Positions 52,375-64,000 of a stretch of DNA of 64,000 bases are shown here, piece by piece. The stretch's first letter is position 1. Each line of letters begins with the position of its first letter. The stretch comes from Octopus sinensis. Taxonomy: Eukaryota. A program made the translations under genes and the position numbers. Below the pieces are notes generated by a model that saw only the letters and a list, made by a program, of their open reading frames with translations, had not been told where the DNA came from and ran no database searches. The stretch covers positions 8,804,001 through 8,868,000 of the forward strand of contig NC_043004.1 in the NCBI RefSeq assembly GCF_006345805.1, written 5' to 3'.

Positions 52375-52900
52375 TAACTGAGTCATACAGGATGGTATCT
52401 TACCAATGACTGATGTAGAAATGTCATTGTAAACTGCTACAAGGACAAAGGAGATTCCTTAGAGAAAGATAAGCCAAAGAGAAGTGAAAGTAGGGGATCA
52501 GGTTATGGAGATGACAAAAGGGATTTAAAACACAATTGATGAAAATGGGGCAAGATGAGAGGCTGTTTGTTTTCATACCTGGAACAGGTATAACAGATTC
52601 ATTCTTCCTTGTGATGCAACTGCAAAAGAAATTTAGCTAAGAGTATAGACCATTGTTCCTGGCATTCACCGACAGGGAGAAGGCATTTGACATTATTTTC
52701 AGTAAATTGGTGATCCATTAATGGGAACTTAGTAAAGACTAAGGTTTTAGGGAGCAAGAAAGAGGACAGGAGCCTTGATATCCTCACAAAAATGTCCTCG
52801 CTTGATATATATATAGAAAACGAGCAGGTATAAACTCCATACATTTTACTTAATGTTAAGCTATAGATACACAAGAAATGTTGTGGAATCACAGACTAAA
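52375..52900 (+). mobile_element. Old, heavily deleted RTE RT remnant
   Basis: Peptide fragments IPGTGITDSFFLVMQLQ, LFLAFTDREKAFD and NLVKTKVLGS parallel the younger RTE copies. Confidence 0.7.
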
Positions 52901-53189
52901 AGTGGAGTGGCTGTGTGGTAAGAAGCTTGAATCCCAACCACACAGTTCCGGGTTCAGTCCCTCGGACAAGTGTCTTCTACTAGGGCTCAGACTGATCAAA
53001 GCTTTGTGAGTAGATTTGGTAAACAGAAACTGAAAGAAGCCTGTTGTAATATATATATCATCATCTATATATATATATATATATATATACACACGTTTGG
53101 ACAAAATAATGAAAACACCTAGCATCATTGTACCATAAGTTTGAAATATCTATAAAACCATCAAAAGTTTGTTTATTTTAATATCTTTA

Positions 53190-54400
53190 GTTCCTTGGTA
53201 GTCAAGGCAATTAGAAGCATGAAGACAGCGAAAGCCCCAGGCCCATCAGGAATTACTGCAGAGATACTCAAAATATCTGGCAGTGTCGGCTACAGCCTAG
53301 TCACCCGTATAGTTAATCAGGTGATACACTAAGGCGTCATACCCAATGACTGGTGTAGCAGCATAATAGTTAACTGCTTCAAATGTAAAGGTGACGCCCT
53401 AGATATAAATAATTACAGAGGTATCAAGCTGTTGGATCAGATAATGAAGGTTACGGAGAGGGTTATAGCCCAACTGATTAGGGAGAGAGTCAGCTTGGAT
53501 GAGATGCAGTTTGGTTTCGTGCCAGGGAAAAGCATCACTGATGCCATATTTCTGGTAAGACAGCTGCAGAAGAATTACCTAGCCAAAGATAAGACCCTGT
53601 ACCTGGCTTTTGTTGACATGGAGAAAGCCTTTGACAGGGTCCCCCGATCCCTTATCTGGTGGTCAATGGGGAAACTAGGGATAGATGAATGGTTAGTGAG
53701 AGCTGTGCAAGCTATGTACAGGGATGCTGTAAGTAAGGTAAGGGTTGGCAACAAATACACTGAAGAATTCAAGGTAGAGGTTGGGGTCCACCAAGGTTCA
53801 GTCCTCAGCCCCCTCCTATTTATCATAGTCCTCCAAGCAATAACCGAGGAATTCCAGACAGGATGCCCCTGGGAGCTCCTCTATGCTGATGACCTTGCTC
53901 TAATTGCTATCAGAACTAGAAGAGAAGTTTCAAGTGTGGAAACAAGGATTAGAATCGAAGAGCCTTAGAATTAATCTAGCTAAAACCAAAGTCCTAATAA
54001 GTAGGAAGGCAGCCAAACCACAAACCCCTTCAGGTAGATGGCCCTGCTCAATCTGTAGTAGAGGTGTAGGTAGAAACTCTATAAGATGTACCCAGTGTAA
54101 GCTATGGGCACAAGAGGTGCAGTAATATCAAAGGAAGGCTAACTGGGAAGATAGGTTTTGTATGTGGCAGATGCTTGGGAGCGATAAACACTGAAAATGC
54201 ACAGAGACCAACTTCTGCCACATTCCAGGGAGAAAGTAGTTGATAGCTTCCGTTATCTAGGTGATCAAATCAGTAGCGGAGGAGGGTGCACTGAAAGTGT
54301 AGCTTCTAGAATAAGAATAGCCTGGGCAAAGTTCAGAGAGCTCTTACCTCTGCTGGTGACAAAGGGCCTCTCGCTCAGAGTAAAAGGTAGACTGTATGAT
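53190..54400 (+). mobile_element. RTE LINE internal fragment (RT domain)
   Basis: ORF 53432-53968 with QFGFVPGK, FVDMEKAFD, GVHQGSVLSPLLF and LLYADDL. Confidence 0.95.
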
Positions 54401-55001
54401 TCATGCCAACATTGATTCATGCCAAGAGGGTATATATATAGACTCCAATGTCCATTTTAAGATAACTGGGTGAGAGTTGAGGGAGATTTGCTGCTATTTC
54501 TAGCATTTTGATCCACCTTGTTTCATGGTGGTGGTGGTGTGTGCTGAGTCCCATGGTAGTGAGTAGTGGGGTGTGTGGTGGGAAATGAAAAGGCAGTTTT
54601 GGTGGTCACGTGAGGGTAGGAGCAATGACAGTGTCAATGACAGTGATAGTGTGAGTGTGTGTGTGTGCGTGCGTGTGTGCGTGCGTGTGTATGTGTGTGT
54701 GTGTGTAATAGTAGTGTTGATAGTGGTAAGCAGTGACGTCCCATTTTGCATTTTTTACTTTCAAGAATTGTTTATTTATTAACGAGTATTAATTACTATA
54801 TTTCAGAAGTGGTGGTCGTGGTGGTGGTGAGCAGACCGCTACGTTTTAAAAAATTCTTGGAGGGTCGCTCATGTTGACACAGAGATCATGTCTCTAACTA
54901 TCTCTCTCCTTCATTTTATACATACACACACACACATACACACATACATAATCAGGTATATCTATGTATATACACATGCATACATATTGTATATATATCA
55001 T

Positions 55002-55036
<35 letters not shown>

Positions 55037-55112
55037 TATATGTGTCTGTGTATATATATATATATATTTGTATGTATATATATATATATATATTTGTATG
55101 TATATATATATA

Positions 55113-55160
<48 letters not shown>

Positions 55161-56382
55161 TATATATATATACACATAAATACATACCCATGTGTGTGTG
55201 TGAAAATTGGTAAAACTAATATTTGCTGTTTTAAAATGTCTCTGACATGCAAACATCATTGCTAAAAGAAACCGTGGAACGGTGTGGTGGTGGTGGGTGG
55301 GTGGGTATGGTGGTGGGGCGATGATGGTTGGGGTGGCATTAATTGCAGTAGTGGTGGTAGTTGTGGTGGTACTACGGCTTTGGGTTGTTTGTGGAGGTGA
55401 TGATATTAGCTATGGTTCTTGTATTATCACAAATGCCATCACGACCAGAAGTGGTGTTGTTGCTGTTGGTGGTGATGGTGGTTGTGATGGTGATGATGAT
55501 GATGATGGTAGTGGTAGTTAGGATCATGATGGTAGTTGCTATGTTAGCTGTGATGATGATGATGATGATGATGTTGATAAATGTTGTAGTTGTGGTGGTG
55601 GTGGTTGTGCCATTTGTGATGATGATGATGATGGTGATGGTGGTCGCCTCCATTGGGTAAGTGGTAGGAGTTTTGATGATGATGGTGATGATGATGATGA
55701 TGATAGATCAACTACTGAGAGAGAGAGAAGTCAGCTGTTGTTTATGGTGTGTGTGTGTTCGTGTGTTTTTGTGTTGCCTTCCTGTGTGTGTATGTGTTTC
55801 TTGGTTTGTTTCTTTTATGCCCACCCTGGGGTACCTATGCTTTTTGTCTTAACAAACCACACTTAACTGCAGCTTGTCACATGTTTGGAGCTCCAAGATG
55901 TGTTTATTATTATTAACTATTATTGTTGTTGTTGTGATTGTGGTTGAGTGGCAGGTGAGATGGTGGCAGTGGTGGAGTGGCTTCACATTCAGCTATTTTA
56001 ACTTTTTGCCCCTTCACGTCTTCTATATTTGGATTACTCCTCCTCACTCTTTCTTTCTTTCTTTCTTTCTTTTTTAACTCTCTCTTTTTTTCTCTCTGTT
56101 ACTTTCTTTCCCACCTGTGTGTATGTGTGTGTATGTACACACACATGCAGACACACACAGACACATGAGAGGGTGCTGAAAAGTTCTTGGCTTTGGGTAA
56201 AAGAAAATAGAGGTGGACCAGTTAATTATGATTTCACACGCTTATTGCAGTGGCCCTTCAGATTTTCCAAGCCCTGTAACAGAACTTGGAAGGCTGGGCC
56301 TCCAGCTAGGCCTTTTGCGATAACCTTAAAACCAAGAAATTTTCAGCAGCCTTCATCTACATATATATCTGTGTGTGTGTGC

Positions 56383-56421
<39 letters not shown>

Positions 56422-56493
56422 TAATAATAATATGACAACAAAAGAATGAATGAGACCACGATATTATGTATAATAGAGGAATTTATCTATAAA

Positions 56494-56661
56494 TATATGT
56501 GACAATTAGTTGGTTGTCATAATAAGACTCAGAGTTTTGGATACAGGAGAGGAAGTCTGCTCTGGCATCTCATCAGTTCTGATGGGATGCTGGAGCAGAC
56601 TTCAGCCCCGTTATCCGAAATTCTGAGTTTTATTATGACAACCAATTAATTGTCATATATA
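56494..56661. repeat. 168-nt palindrome: two hammerhead-bearing pLTR-like segments joined head-to-head
   Basis: Outer stem 50 bp (56494-56543/56612-56661) and inner stem 25 bp (56552-56576/56579-56603) share one axis. All 8 non-Watson-Crick pairs in the stems are G.U on +. Confidence 0.9.
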
Positions 56662-56672
56662 TATATATATAT

Positions 56673-56976
56673 GTGGAGGCGCAATGGCCCAGTGGTTAGG
56701 GCAGCGGACTCGCGGTTGTAGGATCGCGGTTTCAATTCCCAGACTGGGCGTTGTGAGTGTTTATTGAGCGAAAACACCTAAAAGCTCCACGAGGCTCTGG
56801 CAGGCGGTGGTGATCCCTGCTGTACTCTTTCCCCACTCTTTCTCTCACTCTTTCTTCTGTTGGCCTGCTCGCTTAGCCAGCGGGGTGGTGTCATTCAAAG
56901 GCTAAAGCAATGCGAATGCATTGTGACCAGCGATGTGTAGCAACATCTGATAGCCTGGTCGGTCACGTGTCACATG
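56673..56976 (+). mobile_element. SINE family D inserted in (TA)n
   Basis: Close match to 19792-20092. TA repeats on both flanks. Confidence 0.9.
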
Positions 56977-57214
56977 ATATATATATATACATATATATAA
57001 AATTAAGAAAGAGAGAAACAGACTTCAAAGGTCAGTGTTCATATTCACTCAATCCATTTTAAATTGTTGGAATTTTCCGCAATATATATAGATACATTCA
57101 TATACATATGAATGTATCTATGTATTTGTTTCTTCTTCTATCAGACTTTTTAGCAGAACTGCTAAGTTATATGGATATAAACACACCCACACCAGCTGTC
57201 AACCAGGTGCCAAT

Positions 57215-59082
57215 CAGGCGGTACTGTCATTGGCCATGACATTGACTTCACTTGACTCAACAGGTCTTTGCAAGTGCATTTATTGCTCAATGATTGAAGG
57301 GTTCTCTTAAGCGGGCTGATTATGCTGCACTGGCATAGGCCACGGTTACAATCTCACTTGGCTTGCCAGGTCTTCTCAAGCACAGCATATCTCCAAAGGT
57401 CTCGGTTACTTGTCATTGACTCTGTGAGGCTCAATATTTGAAGGTCATGCTTCACCACCTCATCCCAGGTCTTCCTGGGTCTACTTCTTCCACTGGATCC
57501 CTCTACTGCTAGGGTGTGACACTTTTTCACACAACTGTCCTCATCCATTCTCGTCACATGACCATACCAGCACAGTCGTCTCACCACATCTGATGCTTCT
57601 TATGTCCAACTTGTCTCTCAGGGCGCTTACTCTCTGTCATGTATGTACACTGACATTACACATCCAGCAGAGCATACTGACTTCATTCCTTGCGAGCATA
57701 CACATATCCTCAGCAGTCACAGCCCATGTTTTCACTGCCATGTAGCATAGCTGTTCGTACACGTGTCATACAGTCTACCTTTTACTCTGAGCGAGAAGCC
57801 CTTTGTCACCAGCAGAGGTAGGAGCTCTCTGACCTTTGCCCAGGCTATTCTTATTCTAGCAGCCACACTTTCAGAGCATCCAACCCCACTACTGAGCTGG
57901 TAACCTAGGTAACAGAAGCTATCAACTACTTGTAGTTTTCCCCCTGGAATGTGACGGAAGCTGTTTTCTGCACATTTTCAGTGTTTATTGCTCTTGAGCA
58001 TATTAGCCACACACAAAAACTATCTTTCCAGTTAGCCTTCCTTTGATATTACTGCACCTCTTATGTGTCCATAGCTTACACTGGGTACATCTTATGGAGT
58101 TTCTACCTATGCCTTTTCTACAGATCGAGCAGGGCCATCTACCTGAAGGGATTTGTGGTTTGTCTGCCTTCCAACTTATTAAGACTTTGGTTTTAGCTAG
58201 GTTGATTCTAAGGCCCTTTGATTCTAATCCTTGTTTCCACACCTGAAACTTCTCGCCTAGTTCTGTTAGTACCTCAGCAATTAGAGCAAGGTCATCAGCA
58301 TAGAGGAGTTCCCAGGGGCATCCTGTCTGGAATTCCTCCGTTATTGCCTGGAGGACTATGATAAATAGGAGGGGGCTGACGACTGATCCTTGGTGGATCC
58401 CTACCTCTATCTGGATTTCTTCACTGTACTCATTGCCAACCCTCACCTTACTGACAGCCTCCCTGTACATGGTTTGTACAGCTCTCATTAACCACTCATC
58501 TATCCTTAGTTTCGGCATTGACCACCAGATAAGGGATTGGGGGACCCTATCAAAGGCTTTCTCCATGTCAACGAAAGCCAGGTACAGGGGTTTATCTTTG
58601 GCTAGGTATTTCTCCTGCAGCTGTCTTACCAGAAATATAGCATCAGTGGTGCTTTTCTCTGGTACAAACCCAAACTGCATCTCATCTAAACCGACACCTT
58701 CCCTAATTAGTTGGGCTATAACCCTCTCCATGACCTTCATTATCTGATCCAACAGCTTGATACCTCTGTAATTATTTGTATCTAATGCATCATCTTTACC
58801 TTTGTAGCAGTTGACTATGGTGCTTCTACACCAGTCATTGGGTATGACTCCTTCATGTATCACCTGATTGACTATAAGGGTGACAAGACTACAGCCAACA
58901 CCGCTAGATATTTTAAGCATCTCTGTGGTGATCCCTGATGGGCCTGGGGCTTTCTCTGTCTTCATACCCTTAATTGCTTTATCTACCAAGGTACTCTTGA
59001 TTCGGATAGCTGGTTCCTCTGTCGGGTCGACATTCGGCAGACTCTCTTTCTCCCATTCATTCTCTTCAATTAGCACCCTTTC
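57215..59082 (-). mobile_element. 5'-truncated RTE LINE with a long open RT frame
   Basis: ORF 58003-59400 from ERVLIEENEWEK onward: KAPGPSG, NYRGIKLL, FVDMEKAFD, GIHQGSVVSPLLF, LLYADDL. The C-terminus continues after frameshifts to LWRYAVLEKTWQAK*. Confidence 0.95.
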
Positions 59083-59123
<41 letters not shown>

Positions 59124-59155
59124 AGTATATATATATATATATATTTGTGTGTGTG

Positions 59156-59195
<40 letters not shown>

Positions 59196-59229
59196 CAAAA
59201 TAAGCAACAAGGATATACATATGTATATT

Positions 59230-59272
<43 letters not shown>

Positions 59273-59311
59273 TTGTGTGTTATGTGTAGGTGTAAAGTGC
59301 CTTCCTCTACA

Positions 59312-59346
<35 letters not shown>

Positions 59347-59975
59347 CATCATTATCACATATATATATATGTGTGTGTGTACATCCACACTCACACACAC
59401 ACACCCACTGTATTGTATTGTTTACTTTTCCTGCTGCCAACCCTGTAAGCCAATCCATGCCACTTAGAATACACCAACACCCATTATTTTCATTCATTCT
59501 GTCAACTCCTGTATTCTTTTCTCTCAACCAATTTCTCATTATTCACTTTAACTACCAATTCCATTCTGCCGTGTAAGTTTTTGTTACTGCCATTGTCAAT
59601 ATCATCATCATCATCATCATCTTCTCCTCTTCTTGTTTTGTCATCATCATCTTCTCCACCACCACCACCACTACAACAACAACAACAACCACCACCATCA
59701 TTGCCATCAGCTGTTGCTACTGCTGGCCCTTGGTACCTTTCTCCCTGGCTGAGCCCATGCCCCACCCCCAGCATCCAAGCCATCATTTTGTTTGTATCTG
59801 TTCCTCAAATGCTGATCTTTAATGAAGGAAGATGAAAGGTAAAGGTTTACCCAGGATCAAGCTGCAAGAGGCCCAGAGGTTGTGAGATGTTGTGCATTAT
59901 AAAACATGGCAGCAGTAGATTAGAAATGAGGACATTTTTTGCTAAGAAGTGTGAAATGATAGGGACATACACATC

Positions 59976-60207
59976 GAATTCTTCACTACCCACAAAGGGC
60001 TAAACATAGAGGGGACAAACAAGGACAGACAAAGGGATTAAGTCGATTACATCGACTCCAGTGCGTAACTGGTACTTAATTTATTGACCCAGAAAGGATG
60101 AAAGGCAAAGTCGACCTCGGCGGAATTTGAACTCGGAACATAACCACAGACGAAATATGGCTACGCATTTCACCCGGCGTGCTAACGTTTCTGCCAGCTT
60201 GCCACCT
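59976..60207 (-). mobile_element. SINE family C, full-length, 16-bp target-site duplication
   Basis: TSD TAGGGACATACACATC at 59960-59975 and 60208-60223. Reverse-complement match to 37316-37545. Confidence 0.9.
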
Positions 60208-60897
60208 TAGGGACATACACATCCTCCCCAACATTAAGAAGAAAGAGACATCAAAAGAGAAAGAGGGAAGGACCAACTGAAATAAAGGGCCCCAGACACT
60301 CAAGTTGTATAATTGAAATAGTGATTGTGATTTAAGAGTATGAAGACAGGGATTGCAGATTGACCATCGGAGATAGTTGTGGAGGGACTAAAATGCCCAA
60401 TGCCACACATGCTGGTCACTCGCATAGGAGCTGGTGTAATAGATAATAACTAGTGTTGTAGTATCATCAGCTGGTACAAAGGCAAAGGAGGGGTACTTTT
60501 AGAGAGAGGGGAAATTGATGGACGAGATGCAACAGGAAGATGAAATGTAGCATGGGTCAGGAAGGGTACCATATTGAAGTGGCAGGTGGTGATAGAGGCT
60601 GCGCTGGGGTGGATGCATACATGTATATATTTGTATCATGTCAAGTCCCATATTTGCTGCCACCCCTCACATTCCTGCCCACCCCTTTATCACCTACCTT
60701 CCTTCCTTCCTCCCTCCCTCTGTTCTTCAGACCCTCCATCTCTTATCCACCCCAGCACCTGCAATGTTTGCAAACAATCAATGACTACCTTCTCCCACCC
60801 CACCCACCATCACCCTCATTTTACCCACCCCCATCTATACCACTTGAAAAGAAACTTGTTTTTATCTCATATTCTTTTGTCCTTGTTTTGATTTCAG

Positions 60898-60957
60898 GGT
60901 TCACTTGGATGTTGTGTTTGATCTCAATGCGTACAATGCCTCAGGAACCGTTTCCAG
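60898..60957 (+). CDS. ZNG1: ZNG1/CBWD coding exon (60 nt, phase 2/2): VHLDVVFDLNAYNASGTVS
   Basis: ttttgatttcag acceptor and gtgagt donor. Matches CBWD VDLSNVLDLHAFDSLSGIS. Confidence 0.92.
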
Positions 60958-61145
60958 GTGAGTTGTAACGAAATGAGACTTTTGGCTGCTTTACCTCATA
61001 AACTGTGTGACTGAAGTACCCTGGATTAGGGGTGGGAGGCTGCTTCTATCTTTTTTTCCTTCTTTTTGCTTTGATACTATGAATCAAATTACTTTTGATG
61101 CCACAATTCTTGAATGATGTTATTATTTTTATATTGGAGGCACAT

Positions 61146-61415
61146 TTCATCATCATCACCATCATCACCACCATCATCATCATCGTCATCCTCACCATCA
61201 TCACCATCATCATCATCACCATCAACACCATCATCACCATCATCATCACCATCATCACCATCATCGTCATCGCCATCATCACCATCATCATCATCATCAC
61301 CATCATCATCAGCAGCATCACCATCATCACCATCATCACCATCATCACCATCATCACCATCATCATCACCATTATCATCATCACCATCATCATCATCACC
61401 ATCATCATCACCATC

Positions 61416-61447
<32 letters not shown>

Positions 61448-61684
61448 CACCATCATCATTATCATCACCATCAACACCATCATCACTATCATCATCACCA
61501 TCACTATCATCATCACCATCATCATCATCATCACCATCAACACCATCATCATCATCATCATCACCATCATCACCATCATCATCCCCATCCTCACCATCAT
61601 CACCATCACCATCCTCACCATCATCACCATCATCACCATCATCACCATCATCATCACTATCATCATCACCATCATTATCATCAT
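61146..61684. repeat. (CAT/CAC)n array, about 540 nt
   Basis: Read directly. Continues into a family B-like repeat (61685-61890, -), so it is probably an expanded retroelement tail. Confidence 0.95.
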
Positions 61685-62184
61685 TTAACATCTGTTTTAG
61701 ACGCTGGAATGAGTTGAATGATTTGACAGAGTCTGATGAGTTGCAGAGTTGCATCAGGTCCCAAATGTCAGTTTCTGGCATGGCTTCTATGGCTGGGAAA
61801 CCCTTCTTAACGCCAACCACTTTACATTGTGTACTGGATGCTTTTTCCATGGCACCAGCACTAGTGAGGTTGCCGAGTAACTTGCAGGACAAAGTAAAGA
61901 AAGGAAAAAGAAAAATTTTTTCTTTAACAAAGCTAATTATATTAAGTTGGACTTTATCAGTGAAAGTGTTATTTGCTCTGATTAAGGGCCGTGCATTGAG
62001 AGAATTATTTGAGCCTAAAAAAAAAAAAACTTTATTCTGTTTGCTCCCATTCTTTATGTTCTGAATTCAAATTCTGTAGAGGTCCACCGTGCATTTCACC
62101 CTTTCAGGATTGATAAAATAAAGTAAGGCTCAAAGACTGAGGTCAGTGATATTAACAAACTCTCTCTCATCAAAATTTCTGGTC

Positions 62185-62500
62185 TTCATCATCATCATCA
62201 TCTGCTTTCCATGCTGGCATAAGTTGGACGGTTTGACTGAGTATTGGCAAGCCAGATGGCTGCACCAGGCTCCAATCTGATCTGGCAATGTTTCTACAGC
62301 TGGATGCTCTTCCTAACACCAACCAATCTGAGAGTGTAGTGGATGCTTTTTATGTGCCATTGGTACAGGAGCCAGTCAGGTGGCACTGGCAATGACCATG
62401 CTTGAATGATGCTTTTTATGTGTTGCCAGCATGGGGGCCCATCAGGCAGCACTGGCATCAACCATGCTCAGGTGGTGCTCTTTACATGCCACTGGAACAG
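62185..62500 (-). mobile_element. Family B (RTE-tail) repeat
   Basis: Match to family B. Confidence 0.8.
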
Positions 62501-62552
62501 GAATGAACAAATATGTATGTGTGTGTGCATGTTACTGTGTGTGTGTATGTTA

Positions 62553-62583
<31 letters not shown>

Positions 62584-62711
62584 TGAGGGAGAAGCTTACA
62601 GATAGGTAAATAGATAGATAGATAAATACATTGATAGATAGGTAGATAATGAAACTCAAACATTAATTTCTAACAAATTTTCTTAATTTGATATTTTAAT
62701 CTCTTTTCTAG

Positions 62712-62772
62712 CTCTGAAGATAATTTTAAGAAACAAAAACTCTTTGTGTCCCACAATCCACATCTTGATCAG
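62712..62772 (+). CDS. ZNG1: ZNG1/CBWD coding exon (61 nt, phase 2/0): SEDNFKKQKLFVSHNPHLDQ
   Basis: cttttctag acceptor and gtgaga donor. Ends in PHLDQ as in CBWD, and the phases bridge the neighbouring exons. Confidence 0.9.
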
Positions 62773-62984
62773 GTGAGAAACTGTTGTGTATAGTCTGGCT
62801 CCACATTACCTTTCAAAGGATCCACCCGTTACATAATCTCTCTTACATATGTACAAACATTGTTTGACCTTTTTTGCAGTGGCAATCAAATACATTCACT
62901 CAAACTTTCGTTACTCGTAATTGCAGAAAGCAGTTTAATTACCAATTTATCTTTTGCTTCCTCCTGCTCCTCCTCCTCCTCCTC

Positions 62985-63150
62985 CATTTAACGTCTGCTT
63001 TCCATGCTGGTATGGGTTGGACATTTTGACTGAGGGCTGGCAAGCCAGAAGGCTGTACAAGGCTCCAATCTGATCTGGCAAGGTTTCTACAGCTGGATGC
63101 CCTTCCTAATGCCAACCACTCTGATAGTGTAGTGGGTGCTTTTTACATGC
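62985..63150 (-). mobile_element. Family B (RTE-tail) repeat
   Basis: Match to family B. Confidence 0.8.
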
Positions 63151-63565
63151 CTTTTTGAAAGTTTTTCTGTGTCAAAGTTTGTTGAGGCGATGTGACTTGC
63201 AGAAATTACCAATTCTATTTTTGGTTGATATCCAACATTATTTTTAAAGCTCTGTGTGTGTGTGTGTGAAACAGTTTTGAAAACGATTTCCTCCAGCATT
63301 CATTTGAACCCCCAAAGAAAAGTCAATGTGGTTGCTTGTCTTGCTAGTAATAGCTGCTAAATTCCCTTACATTACACTCTACGATCTTAAAAAATAGAAG
63401 AGAACATTGGTTATTATAATCCGAGATATATTACACATGAAACAAAGATGGAATAGTCATGGCTGGAATGTATTTGACCATAGGTTTACTTGCTTATAGA
63501 TAAGTGCTCAGCATAACAAGAAGAACAACATTAATTGCTCATGGATGTTTTTGTTCAATTTTCAG

Positions 63566-63700
63566 TCAATAACAACTGTGACCTTTGACATCATGGAGTC
63601 TGTGACCAAATCGGATGTGGAGCAATTCCTTCAGAACCTTCTTTGGGAGAAAACCATTTGTGATGCTGCCAGGAATCCGATGGAGGTCTTCAGGATGAAA
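63566..63700 (+). CDS. ZNG1: ZNG1/CBWD coding exon (135 nt, phase 0/0): SITTVTFDIMESVTKSDVEQFLQNLLWEKTICDAARNPMEVFRMK, start of the CobW C-terminal domain
   Basis: ttttcag acceptor and gtgagt donor. Matches CBWD SIVTITFEV...FIQNLLWEKNV...MEVIRLK. Confidence 0.96.
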
Positions 63701-64000
63701 GTGAGTTTAATACTTGAAATAAGAACTGTTTCCTTCTTTCCTTTTTACATTGTGTGCTACTCTCTCTCTCTCTCTCTCCTCTGTCTGTCTGTCTGTCTGT
63801 CTGTCTCTCCCCTTCTCCCTCTCTCTCATACACGATCAAAGGCAAACAAATACATCACAACACAACCAGCATCACAAATGTGAACCTACTAGCATAGAAC
63901 TCTAAACACTCTTATAGTCAAATTCTGGTGGCAAAGTTGGGCATGTAGGTTTTGCGGCCCTTAAACCCACTGGCTACAAGGGCCTGCTTGTAACACTCCA

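Noticed and set aside
59083-59400. N-terminal part of the 465-aa ORF as an RTE N-terminus or fusion protein
   Set aside because: It is (TA/TG)n read-through. RTE similarity starts at 59082.
61089-62064. Long ORFs of 197-316 aa (poly-Asp/Gly, poly-Ser/Pro, poly-Ile, poly-Met)
   Set aside because: All are translations of one (CAT/CAC)n array inside a ZNG1 intron. There is no complex sequence or splice support.

Overview
A/T-rich, microsatellite- and SINE-dense animal genomic DNA. The repeat landscape suggests an octopus or other coleoid cephalopod (inferred from repeat style, not proven). No prokaryotic features are present. One host gene is supported: eight internal coding exons of ZNG1/CBWD (COBW-domain, G3E-family zinc metallochaperone GTPase) on the + strand (2318-2377, 4613-4650, 9681-9727, 13654-13740, 21820-21864, 60898-60957, 62712-62772, 63566-63700). 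These total 533 nt, have GT-AG introns with matching phases, and include one 39 kb intron. The gene start and end lie outside the window. The introns hold remnants of RTE, R4/Dong-type, Tx1-type and Penelope-like retroelements, a Helitron fragment, a piggyBac-type MITE (three copies), a Helentron-type element and at least five SINE-like families. The most interesting signal is a recurring minimal type-I hammerhead-ribozyme motif (CUGAUGA...GAAAC..GUH) in several unrelated repeat contexts: (i) the 3' module of a tRNA-headed SINE, (ii) an inverted pair next to a Penelope RT remnant, (iii) a 365-nt direct-repeat-bounded unit joined to a fold-back inversion, and (iv) a 168-nt palindrome whose two stems contain only Watson-Crick or G.U pairs on the sense strand. 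Every individual ribozyme copy is degenerate, so activity is not shown. All alignments were done by eye and no database search was run.
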